Part shown: positions 17,271 to 31,299 of the stretch, piece by piece
How the letters are laid out: each line of letters starts with the position of its first letter
Position numbering within the stretch: the first letter of the stretch is position 1
Origin: the human T2T-CHM13v2.0 reference genome, Homo sapiens
Assembly (NCBI RefSeq): GCF_009914755.1
Contig: NC_060936.1
Strand: one strand, 5' to 3'
Length of the DNA: 64,000 nt
Notes under the pieces: model-generated
Database searches by the model: none
Told to the model about the DNA's origin: nothing
What the model saw: only the letters and a program-made list of their open reading frames with translations
Program-made: the position numbers and the translations under genes

Positions 17271-20185
17271 GTTGCTGTTATAGATAATTAATAATTATGA
17301 TCATGAAAATAATAGCTAAATTTAATACAGAGCTTACCAAAGTACTATTTAAAGATCTTCTCATCAATTGAGATAATAAATACATAGTACTATATAGTAT
17401 GTACTCTTACTATCCCATGATATACATGAAGAGACTGTAAGGTAACAAAGACTAAGACTTGAATCTCTGAGTCTGCAGTTCAAGCTCTTAACTACTATAC
17501 TGCATATCAACTTAATGGTTTTCTAGAGGTCTGGGGAAAAAAAGAGAGCTTTTATCATAATACTCTAATGCATTCATGTGGTGTTTTTTTAATTTTACAA
17601 GTGTTTGCTCATACTTACACTCAATCTTATTAGTTGGGTATTATCCTAAACCTGCATGAGAATGATATAGAGCAAAAGTTTAATAGTGTGTTCTAGTTCC
17701 CTTAATTAATTGCAGAGCCCTGACTTCCAACTTAGTGCCCTTTCCACTAGACCTGTAAAATGCATGTCTGATACACATGCTTTAAGGGTATACACTTTGT
17801 GTTCCCTCCCATTTTAAAAATGCATTAAAATGTTAATGTATCACTTAAGGGAAATAAAGTAAACTCTGGCCACATCCAGTTTGTTCTTGGAATAGTCAGG
17901 CACAGACTGTTCAGGAGATACTGATTCCCTTTCCACTTACCCATTTGTATTTACCAGGATAGGTAGTCCGACTTAGTTATTCCAGTAATGCACATTTGAA
18001 GGTATTTTATAACCTCTTCCCTTTCTCTTAGGAAACAGCTGTAAAGCTCTTATTTACTCAGAGTAACTTGAGAATGATGACTTATTCTGTTCTGCTGTAT
18101 TTTTCTGTGCATTCATTTTTTTATGTTATCTTGTTTAAAATGAACTTGTTCTTTTTTGTTGTATTTTACAATCATTTTAATAACAATATAAATACATATT
18201 TATTTCAAAGTTATCTTGATACCATTTAATGTAATTTGTTCAAAGGCATGAGAAAGAAGAGATTTTAACTATTTTTAGGCGTTTCATATAAAATTAAACT
18301 TACCTATTATAGCTAGTCAAACCAAAAGTTAAGAACTTTGTAAGCCATTTATAGTACTAATATTTAAATTCATGCAATAGTAGACTTGCGAAAGTGACTT
18401 TGAATTTCAATAAAATGTTATAGGAATAGGTATTAATATTGAAAATGTATTTCAGCATTTTTATGAGATAAATGAAAGGATTTTTAAGAAAGTGGGGGAC
18501 AGATGATAAAGTAGAGATTTTGGTGCTGTAGAAAAAGTTATTCAAGATGAGAAAATCTCAAATGGAAAATATATCCAGAGATTAAGAAATTCTAAATGAA
18601 ATGTTTTGATGTAATTTTTAAGGAAAGTTAAGTTTTGAAATCCATCGTTTTTTCCTCAAGTGAAGGCATTTGTGACAAATTTGGAAAGAGATTTTATATA
18701 AGAATTGTGCCTTTGAAAAGTTACAAATTTTAGTGTGGGCACTCAAACATGTATATGAGTCTACCTTCAGTGAATTATTTTAGCAGTTATTTGGGGACTG
18801 TGATATTTGTAACACCATCCCCACTATTCCTGCTTTACAGTGGTAGAACCTGTATTCTTTCACAATGCTCTAAGAGTCTACAAGTCTGTGTTCACTAGCG
18901 ACTTCAGAGGGCAGTGCCATCAGGGGAAGATGTAAGGAAAATGATTGACCCTCAGCTCACAACTTTTAGTTTTTGTAGTCTCAGCAGCACAGTATGGGAA
19001 GTTAATGTTAAATAAGGGAGAGGGGCAGTAGAGTAGGTTTTCTGCCTGAGCACGAAAAATTTATTTTGCTATAAACTCCATCTGAATTAATTAAAACATA
19101 TTTATTCTAGTTGAAAACATGTGAAAATAACAGTTTTGGACTCCAAAGGATAATAAAAGTTACAAAAGGATAACTCCATGGATATACACGTTTTACTGAA
19201 TTATATCTTTAAAACTTTACCAGTCATTGGACAGTTTTCAGTTTTACCTTATTTGACTTCTTAAAAGCATTCCGTATTGTTGTCCTCCTTCTATTCTTAC
19301 TCATTTTTTAAAAAAATAATAACTACATGCAAGCTGGGTTGTTGTTGCTGACATTATTTTGTGTTGGATGTTCCTATACTATCAATATCGAGATCTGTGG
19401 GGATGTGCATAGGGTTTTGGTGACTTGTTTCTTAGTTTGAGTAATTCTGTTGCTGCAGTGAAGTGCTCTTTTATAAATAGTAATGTTTTACTTTCTGCTC
19501 TTTTAAAACAATCGTGCTTCATTGGAGCCCTTCTCTTCAGCTATTGCTTCTTTCCATTCAAAAACCTTTGAACCTTTATGGGACATCTCCCATATCTCTT
19601 TCTGCAAGAAGTGAAGCATTGTCAAGAGTGCAATCTCTTATCCTATGTTCTTTCCAAGGCTCTACTTTTCAACTCTGTAGTAACCAGTACTGTCTTTCAG
19701 ACCTCAGACAATCTTTGTATTTCTTTACTTAGGGTAGTTATTTCTTTCTTGTTGTGACTCCTAGCTGTTATTATCTTTATTCCACCTCCATTAAGACAAA
19801 TCTACATTCTCTTCTTTTTCACACATATCCTTCCTGACTCTTAAATGCTCCAGAGCTGACTTGGTTGGTCTTGAAAGTATTTCTCATTTTTAACTGGTAA
19901 GGACTCTATTTGGGCATTAGCTTATTGTTCATTGATTATAACTTTTCTTTCTTATTCACTACTGTTTCTTTTATGGTTTCTTTTTTTTTTTTTTTCAGAA
20001 TTACTTTCACAATGAGAATTAGCCTCAGGGTAACACTTTCGCTCGTAATGGAAAAATTATTAAGTCATCCTCTGTGTTTAGCAACAAAGGTTTCTGACAG
20101 TCACGTATGGTTCCAACATTCTGGTATTTATTTTATTTCTGTTTTTTTTGTTTCTTGTGCTTATATATGTCTACATTTTTTTCAG

Positions 20186-20259
20186 CTGCCTACTGAATCA
20201 CTCTTCTATCGTGCTGTTCTTCAGGATATTATTAAAGATTGTTATGGCATCACCAAATG
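20186..20259 (+). CDS. METTL25: METTL25 coding exon (74 nt): LPTESLFYRAVLQDIIKDCYGITK(C)
   Basis: Acceptor ttttttcag, donor TG|gtatga; phase 0-2 matches the next exon. Confidence 0.9.
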
Positions 20260-20591
20260 GTATGAGGATTTTATTTTAATAAGAATAACTATGTTATATT
20301 GTAAGTAAAGTGACTTTTAGTCTTCAGGTGAATTTATGCAGGGTCACTGTTATTAGTAGAAGCAACTTTGAATTTGAGCATAATGTCAATAACAAGTACA
20401 CAACAACTGTATCTTAGGTTAATTATCATTAAAGTGGGGGCTCTAATGATTCCTTCTTGTCCTGAAAGCTTGTTGTAATGATAAAATAATCTATGTAAAA
20501 TGTACTTTAGAATTTTTGAAGTATTAAAATATTAAATAGTTCAGTGACGATATTATATGAGCAAGAGTCATATTTAGAATGTTTCATAAAC

Positions 20592-20696
20592 AGCATAACA
20601 CTTTAATTAGAACAGATATTGATCATAAACAACTATTATAGCATAAACACTTAACTCTAATTAGAACAGATATTGATCACAAACAACTATTATAGC
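20592..20696. repeat. Local tandem duplication of ~50 bp
   Basis: taattagaacagatattgatcaYaaacaactattatagc occurs at 20604-20642 and 20658-20696. Confidence 0.9.
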
Positions 20697-22929
20697 CCTT
20701 CAGGTCTCTGCTAGTAGAATACTAGCACTACATATGTTTTGTTTTATTCCTGTTGCCCCTAAATAATGCACTATTTATACAGAAAAGCAAGGGGTAGGAT
20801 AATTTTTTTCATAATATTGGTTCAACAACTGTTGTATTCAAGCATACATTTGTAATTCTGGCATGCTTTATGAATGTTCTCTTGCTAATTACAATTTTAG
20901 GATTCTGATAGTTATTTGGTATAATAGGATTATTCTACAAATTAAAATAAGGCAATTTTCAGGTTCTCAAAAATAATTCACATTTATGAAAAGATATAAA
21001 AGGGATTTTTAGATTAGCTATTACTTCTCTGTAAGAAAAAATATCCACTTTTTACGGATAGAAGTTACTACATACAAGTACCTACACAGACTGTTTTCAA
21101 CTGTCATTCCTATGTAGATAACTCCCAAATCTGTATCTCAGTCTCCATTCTCTTTTCCAAATCGTCAAAATGTCTAAAACTGAATTTTTCATGTGCTCCT
21201 GAAAACTAGTTCCTTCTCTTATATTTACCCTAAGATGCTAACCTTGTTGAAAAAAGCCATAAAATTGTGCAAATTCATGTCAACTCAAATATTTACTACC
21301 TGCCTTCTTTAAAGACCTCAGATCTGTTCATGTGTTTATTATTTCCTTTATGACTTCTTAAATTTGTTTCTGTTCTTTTCTAAACCTTTCTTCTCACTTA
21401 AAAACTCAATACTTTCCAACGCTCCACATGCCTGTGTTCCTTTAGTATTCAGAAGACAGCTCGTATTTATTAGAAGACTTTTCTTCCTTAGCCCCATTGA
21501 CCTTTTAGTCACATTTGACCATGTCGGTAATTGTTTTTTCTCTAAAATCTCTTCCTCATTATCTTCCATTATTCTGTATTCTCTGAGTTTCATTTTTCTA
21601 CTCTGAGCACTCATATGTTTTCTTCACAGTTTCTTATTATTCTATCCCCTAGTTATATCTAGCCATTCTTTAATGTTTTATATGCAGCTCCTATCTCTAT
21701 ATTTCCTCTTTCTCTTAGGATCCTTACTACAAATGACTCTTGAAATATGTAACTAGCTCCCATCTCTTTTTCAGAAGTCCACATCCACTTTCTCATTTTC
21801 ATCTGAATAACTTCACTTAAATACCTCACAAATACGTCAGTCAGCTACCTCCAAAACCAATGTTCTCTTCCCACCAATTCTATTCTTTTCTTCTTTCTCT
21901 TGACTTCTAATAAACAGGTGTTATTTCTGGAAATGACATGACCGTTATCAAACATTAGAAGTCTAGAAATGATACTTGATTCTACTTTTATCATCAGACC
22001 ACATAATTAGTTATCAAGATTTGTACATGTTATTTTTTTTTAATCCAGAATTTATTTATTGTGTGACAGGCAACATGTTAGGTCCTGGGGATTCTGGATG
22101 CATAGGTAATGGTTTCCACACAAGAACAATTTATGTTCTAGTCAGGATGGCTTATGTGAAAACCAAACGAAATGATTGAAGCCTGCTTTCAATAACATAC
22201 TAAATAATTAGGACTAACCTCACTTCTGAGGAAACAAAACCATGCCAGAGATGTGTGTGCACATGCGTGTGTGTGTTTAAATTTGTTTTTACTTGGTTTG
22301 TGAACATCAGAGACCTATTGAAGTAGGTAAGAATTATGGGACAAAAATCAAAGAGGAAATGGGATTTCAACAGAAGTAAACCCAGCTTTTATGGCTGCAC
22401 TTTCCCCAGCAGGATCTGTCAGTTCTGGAATAGGCAACTGTCCACCCATCAACAGAGAGGGTGAGCACAGCTTTCAATAGAAAGACAGTTCTAGTGAAAC
22501 AAAAGTTCGAGTTCATGGTCTGGTGAGGACTTGGGAGCAAGCCAAGTAAACCACTCATACTTTGAGTTAGGCCCCTAAAGATTTATACTGTAAGAGTTAA
22601 GAGTGAACTAGAATAGTCCTGAAATGAGTAAAGCCCCATTTTGAATTATCTCAAGCTGCAATTAAAGTATTTCAGATTATTGCTTCTGCTAGCTGCCTAC
22701 AAGAAATAAATTCCCTCTGGACAAAATAATGTAAATCTAAGCCTCAAATTATCACTAACATCTTATATATATATATATATATAGTACCTTACAAAACCAA
22801 TCCCAAATAACTAGCTATGTGATGAAACAAGACAACATGACCAAAATCAAAGATAAACTACAGTCAACAGAAATGTACCCTTAGGAAAGCCAGAGAAAGG
22901 CTTAAAATAACTATACTTGAGAGAGTTCA

Positions 22930-23279
22930 ACTCTGGAAATATAGAATAGATGTACTTTTCTCTATTTTTCCTGCTAAGTACAACTAAATCCCCGAACATT
23001 ATGTATAAAATGAATACAAAAAGACAAAAGGTAAAGAGAATAGAGCAGACTGGCTAGGGGTTTCCGGACCGAAGGAACAACACAGTACGAGTCCCCCGGG
23101 TTTTCTTTTTGTTTCATAGAGCCCAGGATTGGAGTTGAAAAAGGTAGTAATCTAGAACCACCAATAGGCACAGAAAAAAAAAGAAATTTCAAATGAAAAC
23201 TGAAAGACCAGGAAGCGGGCAGGCCTAGAAAAACTTTTATGCATTACTGCCATACTATAGCAAAAAAAAAAAAAAATAG

Positions 23280-23322
<43 letters not shown>

Positions 23323-24940
23323 AACCTGTGACTCCACTCTCACCTATGCCAACAAAGGCAAAGAAGTACAGAGCCTGCACTTTCATCCTTGCCAGGCTGT
23401 AATGAAACTCCCTTATAACCCGTTTGTGGAGGTATTAGATAAGGCTGAGTAGGAAACTAGGACTTGTATCCAACTGCGATAAAAATTAACGCAATACCAC
23501 TACCACAGTGTCATACAGACCATGTGAGAGGCCTGCACTTCCTACCCAGCCAGCCATATGACACCCCTCGTTTCCCCCACTAGGGTGGTTGGTATCAAGG
23601 AAGGCCTAGTAGAGAGTTAGGACTTTCACCATCACTCAGCAGTAACAAGGTAACCCCTATCAGGGTGTCAGTGGAGATCACATGGGAATCTGGAAGTCCC
23701 AGCAATAAAAAAGACCTTTAATAATCAATAGAAGCTGACTTACCTTTATACAAAAACTTGTACAGAAATGTTTGTAGCAGCTTTATTCCTGGTCACCCAA
23801 ACTGAAAACTACCCAGATGTCCTTCAGTGAGTGAGTATTTAAGCAAACTGTAATAATCCATGCCATGAAATACTAAGCAATAAAACAAAAAGTATTGTGG
23901 ATACACACAACAACCTGAGTGAATCTCCAGAGAATTATACTGAATGAACAGAAGCCAATCCCAAAAGGTTATATACCATATGATTCTATTTATGTACATT
24001 CTTGAAATGACAGAATTATAGAATGACAAGGTATTAGTGGTTGCTGAAGTAGGAAAAGAGGGTGGAGTAAGCAGGAAGTGCATATGGCTGTAAAACAGCA
24101 ACATGAGTGATCCTTGTGGTGATGGAAGTGTTCTGTATCTTGGCTGCATCCACGTCAGTATCCTGAATATTACTGTCATGAGACATTGTGGAAATTCAGA
24201 TGAAGAGTACACCAGTCCTTATTCTTTCCTACAACTGTATGTGATTTTATAATTATTTTAAAATTGAAAGTTTAATTTAAAGAACTATGCTCAATATGCA
24301 CATTGAAATAAAATATTTTTTGTCAGAGAACCAAAACATTAAAAAAATCCCAATGAAAATTCTAGAACTGAACAAGAAAATGACTAAAATCAAGAAATTT
24401 ATGGATAGTCTTAACAGCACTTTAGACACAGCTAAAGAAATAATTAATGAACTGAAAGATCAGAAGAAAATATCTACAATGAGGGATCAAAAAACAAAAA
24501 AAAAAGCTAGAGAATAGAAAACAAAGACTAAGAGCTATGTGGAATACAGGGAATAGGTTTCATGTATATATTAACTGCAGTCTGAGAAGAAGATGAGACA
24601 GTGAATGGGGCAATAGCAATATTAAGAATTTTTCAATCCTGACAAAAAGATATCAATCTTAAGATTTGGGAAGTACACAAATCTTATGATGAAGTAAAAA
24701 GAAAAGTTCTAGACACGTAAGAGTAAAATTGCTGAAAATAAAGACAAAGGGAAAATTCTTAAAGCAGCCAGAGGTGAGAGGAGTGAAGGAGGGAAGCAGA
24801 ATACCCCTAAAGGAACTAAACTAGTCTACCAGCTGAATTCTCAGCATAAACAGTGGAAGCTAGAAGTCAGTGATGTCTTCAAAGTGCTGAAAGAAAGTAG
24901 CCTACAGCCTACACAGCCTATCTGAAAATACATTGTCAGA
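22930..24940 (+). mobile_element. Mosaic of old L1M fragments (5' UTR-like repeats, L1MC-like 3' end, ORF1 remnant)
   Basis: ORF 24287-24517 resembles the L1 ORF1 coiled coil; 23740-24280 resembles an L1MC 3' UTR. Confidence 0.55.
23283..23318. repeat. (CA)n microsatellite next to an A-tract
   Basis: Direct inspection. Confidence 0.95.
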
Positions 24941-25020
24941 GGAGACCAAAAAAAAAAAAAAAAGAAAAAAAAGAATGCAGTATGCCTAAAAAATAACCTC
25001 AAAAGAGTAAATTTAAGTCA

Positions 25021-25453
25021 TGGCATTAGTCCATTTCTATGTGGCTATAAAGGAATAACTAAGGCTGAGTAATTTATAAAGAAAAGAGGTTTATTTGGCT
25101 CACAGTTAAGCAGACTATACAAGAAGAATGGTCCCAACATCTCCTTGGCTTATGGAGAGGGCCTCAGCTGCTTTCATTCATGACAGAAGGCAAAGTATAG
25201 ACAGCATGTGCAGAAACCACATGGCAAGAGAGGAAGCAAAACAGAGGGGAGGTGCCAAGGCTCTTTTTAACAACCAGGTCTTGTGGAAACTAATAGAGCA
25301 AGAACTCACTGTCCCCCAACCCAGGAGGGCAATAACTTATTCATGAAAGGTCTGCCCCTATGGCCTAAACTTTTCCCATTAGGCCCCACCTCCAACATTG
25401 GGGATCAAATTTCAACATGAGGTTTGGAAGGGTCAAATATTCAGACTATAGCA
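25021..25453 (-). mobile_element. MST (MSTB-like) MaLR solo LTR
   Basis: attagtccatttc..ataaaggaata..ggctgagtaatttataaagaaaagaggtttatttggctcacag ... aggccccacctccaacattggggatcaaatttcaacatgag..actatagca. Confidence 0.85.
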
Positions 25454-26401
25454 GCCTTCAAAATGGAGTTGAAAAAGTGCAGAGGATAGAGAGCTTATTC
25501 AAGGAAATAATACAGAAAACTTTTAAACTCAGAAAATGATACAAATACTTCAATGTAGGAAAGTTTAAGACTTTTGCACTCAACCCAAATAAGACTACTG
25601 TAAGACATATAATAATCAAAATCTCAAAAGTAAAAGACAAAGAAAGGATCAAAAAAGCAGCAAGGGAAAAGCAGCTCTAATTCATCTGGCAACAAACTTC
25701 TCAGTGGAAAATTCAGGCCAGGAGGAAGTGGGAGGACATTCAAAGTGCCAAAGTAACTGTCAACCGATAATATGGTGGCCAGCAAAGCTATCTTTCAAAT
25801 ATGAAGGGAGATACTCTCCCAGATAAACAGAAGCTGAAGGAATTTATTACCACCAGAGGTGTCTTACAAGACATGCTAAAGGGAGTTCTTCAGTCGGAAA
25901 GAGAAGGATGCTAACATGCAACAGGAAAATCAGCTGAAGGTATAAAACTCATTGGTAAAAGTAAGTACACAGACAAAATTCCGAAGACTCTTAATACTGT
26001 AAATGTGATACGCCACGCAATTCATATCCCTGGTATAAAGGCAAAAAGACATATATCAAAAATAATAATCATAACATTTGTTAAGAGATAGGCATAAAAA
26101 AGTAAACAGACATCAAAAAGTCAAAATGTGGGGGTGATGGAGTTATAGAGGTTTTTTTAGCTTTTTTATAGTAACAAAATGGCAGTAGTAATTCCTTACC
26201 AATCAATAGCATTGAAAGTAAATTGACAAAATTATTAAAAGATATAGAGTAGCTAAATGGATCAAAAAAACAAGACCCAGCCATTCTTACATGCTACCTA
26301 CAGGAAGCTCACTGCACCTGTAAGGACAACACACATAGACCAAAAGTACAGAGATGGAAGAAAGATACTCCATTCAAATGGAAACCAGGTATTGCTATAT
26401 A

Positions 26402-27516
26402 CAGTTACCCTGGAACAACACAGAGTTGAATATACCAGACTCTATAGAATTCAGCAAAAGAAATATTAACAGCAAAGTGTATAACATGTACATCAAGAAA
26501 AGTAGAAAAACTTGAGAGAAACGACCTAATAGTATACCTCCAGGAACTAGAAAAGCAAAACCCAAGTGCAAGTCCACTTATATGCAGTATTTTTTTAATA
26601 AGTACATTGGAAAATATATTTGAGACCTGTGACAATTGAATAAACTCACACACAAACCATGTAGCCTAAAAATATCAACAAATTAAGAAAATGAGGTCTA
26701 TCTTGAATGCATAAAATATATACATATTGTTTACCATTTACTACCATAAAATATATACAAATCTATAATAAAAGTCAAAATTTATATAAAAACATGCACA
26801 CAAACACAGACAATATGTGGCACTATTCACAGTCAAGAGAAATGTAAACTAATGTAAGTATGAAATATTAAATTATAACCACATTAAATTAGCTATAGTA
26901 TATAGTGTAATAATTTTATAGCCACCTCTTATTAGCATTGTATTGAGCTCAAGTGTTGCGAGTATTCGTTTAAAACACTTTGTGTTGCAAATCTCTGTGA
27001 GCAGTTTGTTTCTCCAGTGGACTGTGTATCAGTAAAAAGTGATCTCTCACAGTTCTTGTCTATTTTTCGTTGTCTTTAGGGCAGTACCATAAACCTTGAA
27101 TAACAATACCATGATATCCTTATTAAGTGCCATTAGTGATCCTGGAAGTGCTCCCGATATGCAGAGAAGTCATGACATTACAAGAAAAAGTTGATTTGCT
27201 TGATATGTACTATAGATTGAGGTCTGCAGCTGTGGTTGCCCACCATTTCAAGATAAATGAATCCAGCATAAGGACTACTGTAAAAAGAGAAAAAGAAATT
27301 CCTAACACCTTTGCTGCAGCTATAACAGCTTGTGCAAAAAACTTGTACTATCTGTGAAATACAAATATGTTTTAATTCACTATGATATCGGTAAAGCTTC
27401 CAGTCAAAAGTACACTAGTAGTAGTTAAGCTTTGGAGTAGTCAACAGTTACATGCAAATTTTTTACTGCATAGGATGTCGGCACCCCTAATCCCCATGTT
27501 GTTTAAGGGTCAGCTA
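26402..27516 (+). mobile_element. Tigger3b/Golem non-autonomous DNA transposon
   Basis: TIRs cagttaccctggaacaaca ... tgttgtttaagggtcagct flanked by TA; HTH remnant in ORF 27127-27357. Confidence 0.85.
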
Positions 27517-28061
27517 TACTTACGTCACATAAAATAGACTTCAAGCCAAAAGAGACAAAGAAGGTCATTATATAATGATAGGCAGGTAAGTTCAGCAGGA
27601 TATAACAATTGTAAATGTATGTGCACCCAGCACCAGAGCATGAAAATATATAAAGCAAATATTAATAGATCTAAAGGGAGAGATAGATTGCAATACAATA
27701 ATAATAGGGGACTTGAACACCCCACTTTTAGTAATGTACCGATTAGCCAGACAGAAATATAACAAAGAAACTTTGTGTTAAACTACACTGTAGAACAACT
27801 GGACCTAACTGACATTTACAGGACATTTCATCCAATTGCTGCAGCATATATATCCTTTTCATCAGCACATGGATCATTACCCAGGATCATATGTTAGCCA
27901 CAAAACAAGTCTCAACCAATTCAAAAAAGTAGAAATCATATCAAGTATGATTTCTGACTACAATGGAATAAACCTAGAAATCAATAACGAGAACCTTTGG
28001 AAACTGTACAAATACATGGAAATTAAACAACATGACCCTGAATGACCAACGGGTCAATTAA

Positions 28062-28394
<333 letters not shown>

Positions 28395-31299
28395 TTAAAA
28401 TTTCTTGAAACAAATGAAAATGAAGACAACATACCAGACTGTATAGTATTCAGCAAAAGAAACATTAAGAGCAAAGTATATAGCAATAAACACCTACATC
28501 AAAAAAGTAGAAAAACTTGAAATAAATGACCTCAAGGAACTAGAAAAGCAAAAACCAAATCCAAAATTCTAAAGAAAGAAATAATCAAGATCAGAGCATA
28601 AATAAATAAAATTGAGACTGAAAAAAAACCCACGGAAGATCAATGAAATGAAAACAACTTAGCATTATCTAATAAAATGGAAAATATATATACATGCCTC
28701 AGCAGTTTTACACCTAATTATATATATATTAGACAAAGTCTTACATGTTTGCTTCTAGAAACTTTTACAAGAATGATCAATAGCAGCAATGTTTATAAAA
28801 GCAAAAATCCAGGAACAAAAAACTCATTAATAGAAGAATGGATAAATTGTATTACATTCATGTATATAGAAGTATTTTATATACCACAATGCAAATGTAT
28901 GAATTACAGCTACATGCATCAATGTGGTTGAATCTTGTGAATATAATTTTAACTGAAATCTCAGAAAAACTCCTATAAAATGGTTCCACTTATATAATTC
29001 AGAAAAGAGCAAAACTGAATAATTTAGGAGTATAAATATGTGGTAAACAAGCAAGAACAACATAAGTAAGGTAAACACAAGATTCAATGTCATAGTTTCC
29101 TGTGGGAGTTGCGGGGAGCAGTGGATTATTAGGCAGAATGATAAGGTAGGGAAGAGGAGAAGTACATATAGAAATCAAGGTATTTAATACTAGTAATGTA
29201 TTTCTCAAGTTTGATGTTGGGTACAAGAGTTTGTTTTATTTACATTCTTTATGCCTTACACATGTTTTGTAAACGCTTATTGCTTTTGTTCAGTATCACT
29301 AAAATATTGATCTTTTATCAGGCTATACCCCACAGTCAGTTGAGCCACATATTATACTCCAATATCTAATATAGGCACCTCATTATAATGATAAGAAAAA
29401 TTAAAATAAGTGGTCAAAAGCTTGTCTAAAGTCATATAGCCTGAAAGAACCAGGATCAGGACTGAATTCACAGTCCAGAAAGATTTTCACCATCCCATTC
29501 TTGTTTTTAATGGTAAATTCTCTTTGAGATATTTTTAATATGAGTTGATTTGCAAGGCTCTTTGTATTAGCATTGTAAATCAAGGTTATTGGAATTACTG
29601 GCCAGCAATAGTACTAAAGACAGAAAATAAGGTCACTTAATTACTTCTTTTCCATTTTCTTTATTTTTCTTGCTAGCTAAAATAAATCATCTTCCAGTAA
29701 TAATACTGTTTTAGAATAATTGAAACATTATCCTGAAAGTTCTTTAAGTGTAATTGTTTATATAGCCTAAGGTTAGAAGTAAGCCTTTTTCAGGGATTTA
29801 AGGATAACATTTTAACTTTATTATTTATAATTGTGATTTAGCCCATTTATGTTAAAACTCAATAATTTATGGAAATTTATTTACAATTAGTACTTATCTA
29901 TAATAGAAACTTTCTAAGGGGAATAAAATGCCAAGGAAGGAATTTCTTGGATTAAAAATCTCTTTTAAAACACTTGGAAAGAAAACAGGGAAAATCCAAT
30001 TTGTACACTTTTTTCACTTTATTATTCTCTTGCATAATAAGAAATGTATACAGCTATACAAAAAATATATATAGTATTTTGCTACCTATAATTATGTTAC
30101 CTAGTTTAATTTTAATTGTGATTTTGTTATAATCAAATAGGAAAGTGATCTTAAAAACTATCTCACAAAATTAAAGATAATCATTTAATCCATAATGTGT
30201 GGTCAAGTTGAAATTAGAAGGTATCTTTTAAACTGAAAAGTAACTTGAAGATTTTTTGGAGCTCCCTTAAATGATAGCTATTTACAGCAAAATTTTATGC
30301 TGTTGATCTTTTAAGTCTTTCAATATGTATTAGCATACAAAAGGCACAAAATAATAATAATGTTACAATAATTTCATAAATATTTTGTGATTATGGAGAA
30401 ACTGAATTTTGGTACAATCTGTCCTGCATGTGTTTGCTTTCATTTATTTAGTATACCTCTGCTTCACCTTTCTCTAAAATCTCCCTCCAAAATGCTGCTT
30501 CCTTGGAAAGTGTTACAAGTAAACCATGTTCTTACAATTGCATTTTTGGAGAAGCATGTGGGTGTTGTTGGATTCACTTGAGTAGAATTTTAATTAGATC
30601 CAGTGCATTCACTTTTATTAAAAGAAAGTATACTGATTCCTTTTTAGCATGCTGACCATGCTTTATTCTGACAGAGAGGCCCTTTTTAATCTGTTCTTAA
30701 CTTCTCATCATTTGTCTTTCCCAAATAGTCATGTCACTTTTCTAAGTTTCAAATGTTTGCTAATAATTCTTTATGCCCAAACCTAAACTATTATTGTGGC
30801 ATTCAAGGCCATTTCAAATCTGTTATTAATTTTCATTCCAGCCTAATCCATCATCCCATTCTTCCTGTGCACCATGAACAGCTGCCCATGCACACCGTCC
30901 TGGCACGCCAGATTATTCATCATTTCCCATGCCATTATTTTTACACTTTGTGTGTTTTCTTGGAGTTGTTCTCTCTACCTGGAATATTCTTCTCCCTATT
31001 TCTGCCATCCTTTCATTCCAGGACCTCTGGAAGGTGAAATTCTGGGTTTTTTAAAATCCAGTTTAGAAGACATCTCTGTGATAGCTTTCTTTCCTCCTTT
31101 TCTTCTTTTTCTGTTCTCCTGTAATACTTAAGCTGTGATTCACTGTTCTTACTGAACCTGAATAATACAATTAATTGTATTTCTACTCCTCTGCTACCTT
31201 CTGAGCTCCTTGATTACCATTTTTTCAGTTTTATTAAATGAAATGGTGTATCATAGTGCTTAAGAGCACAGATTCTAAAAATCCTCTGCACCCAATTTT

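Noticed and set aside
19910-20308. 132-aa ORF overlapping the 20186 exon
   Set aside because: Chance intronic extension of the true exon frame through a poly-T tract; splice sites define the real boundaries.
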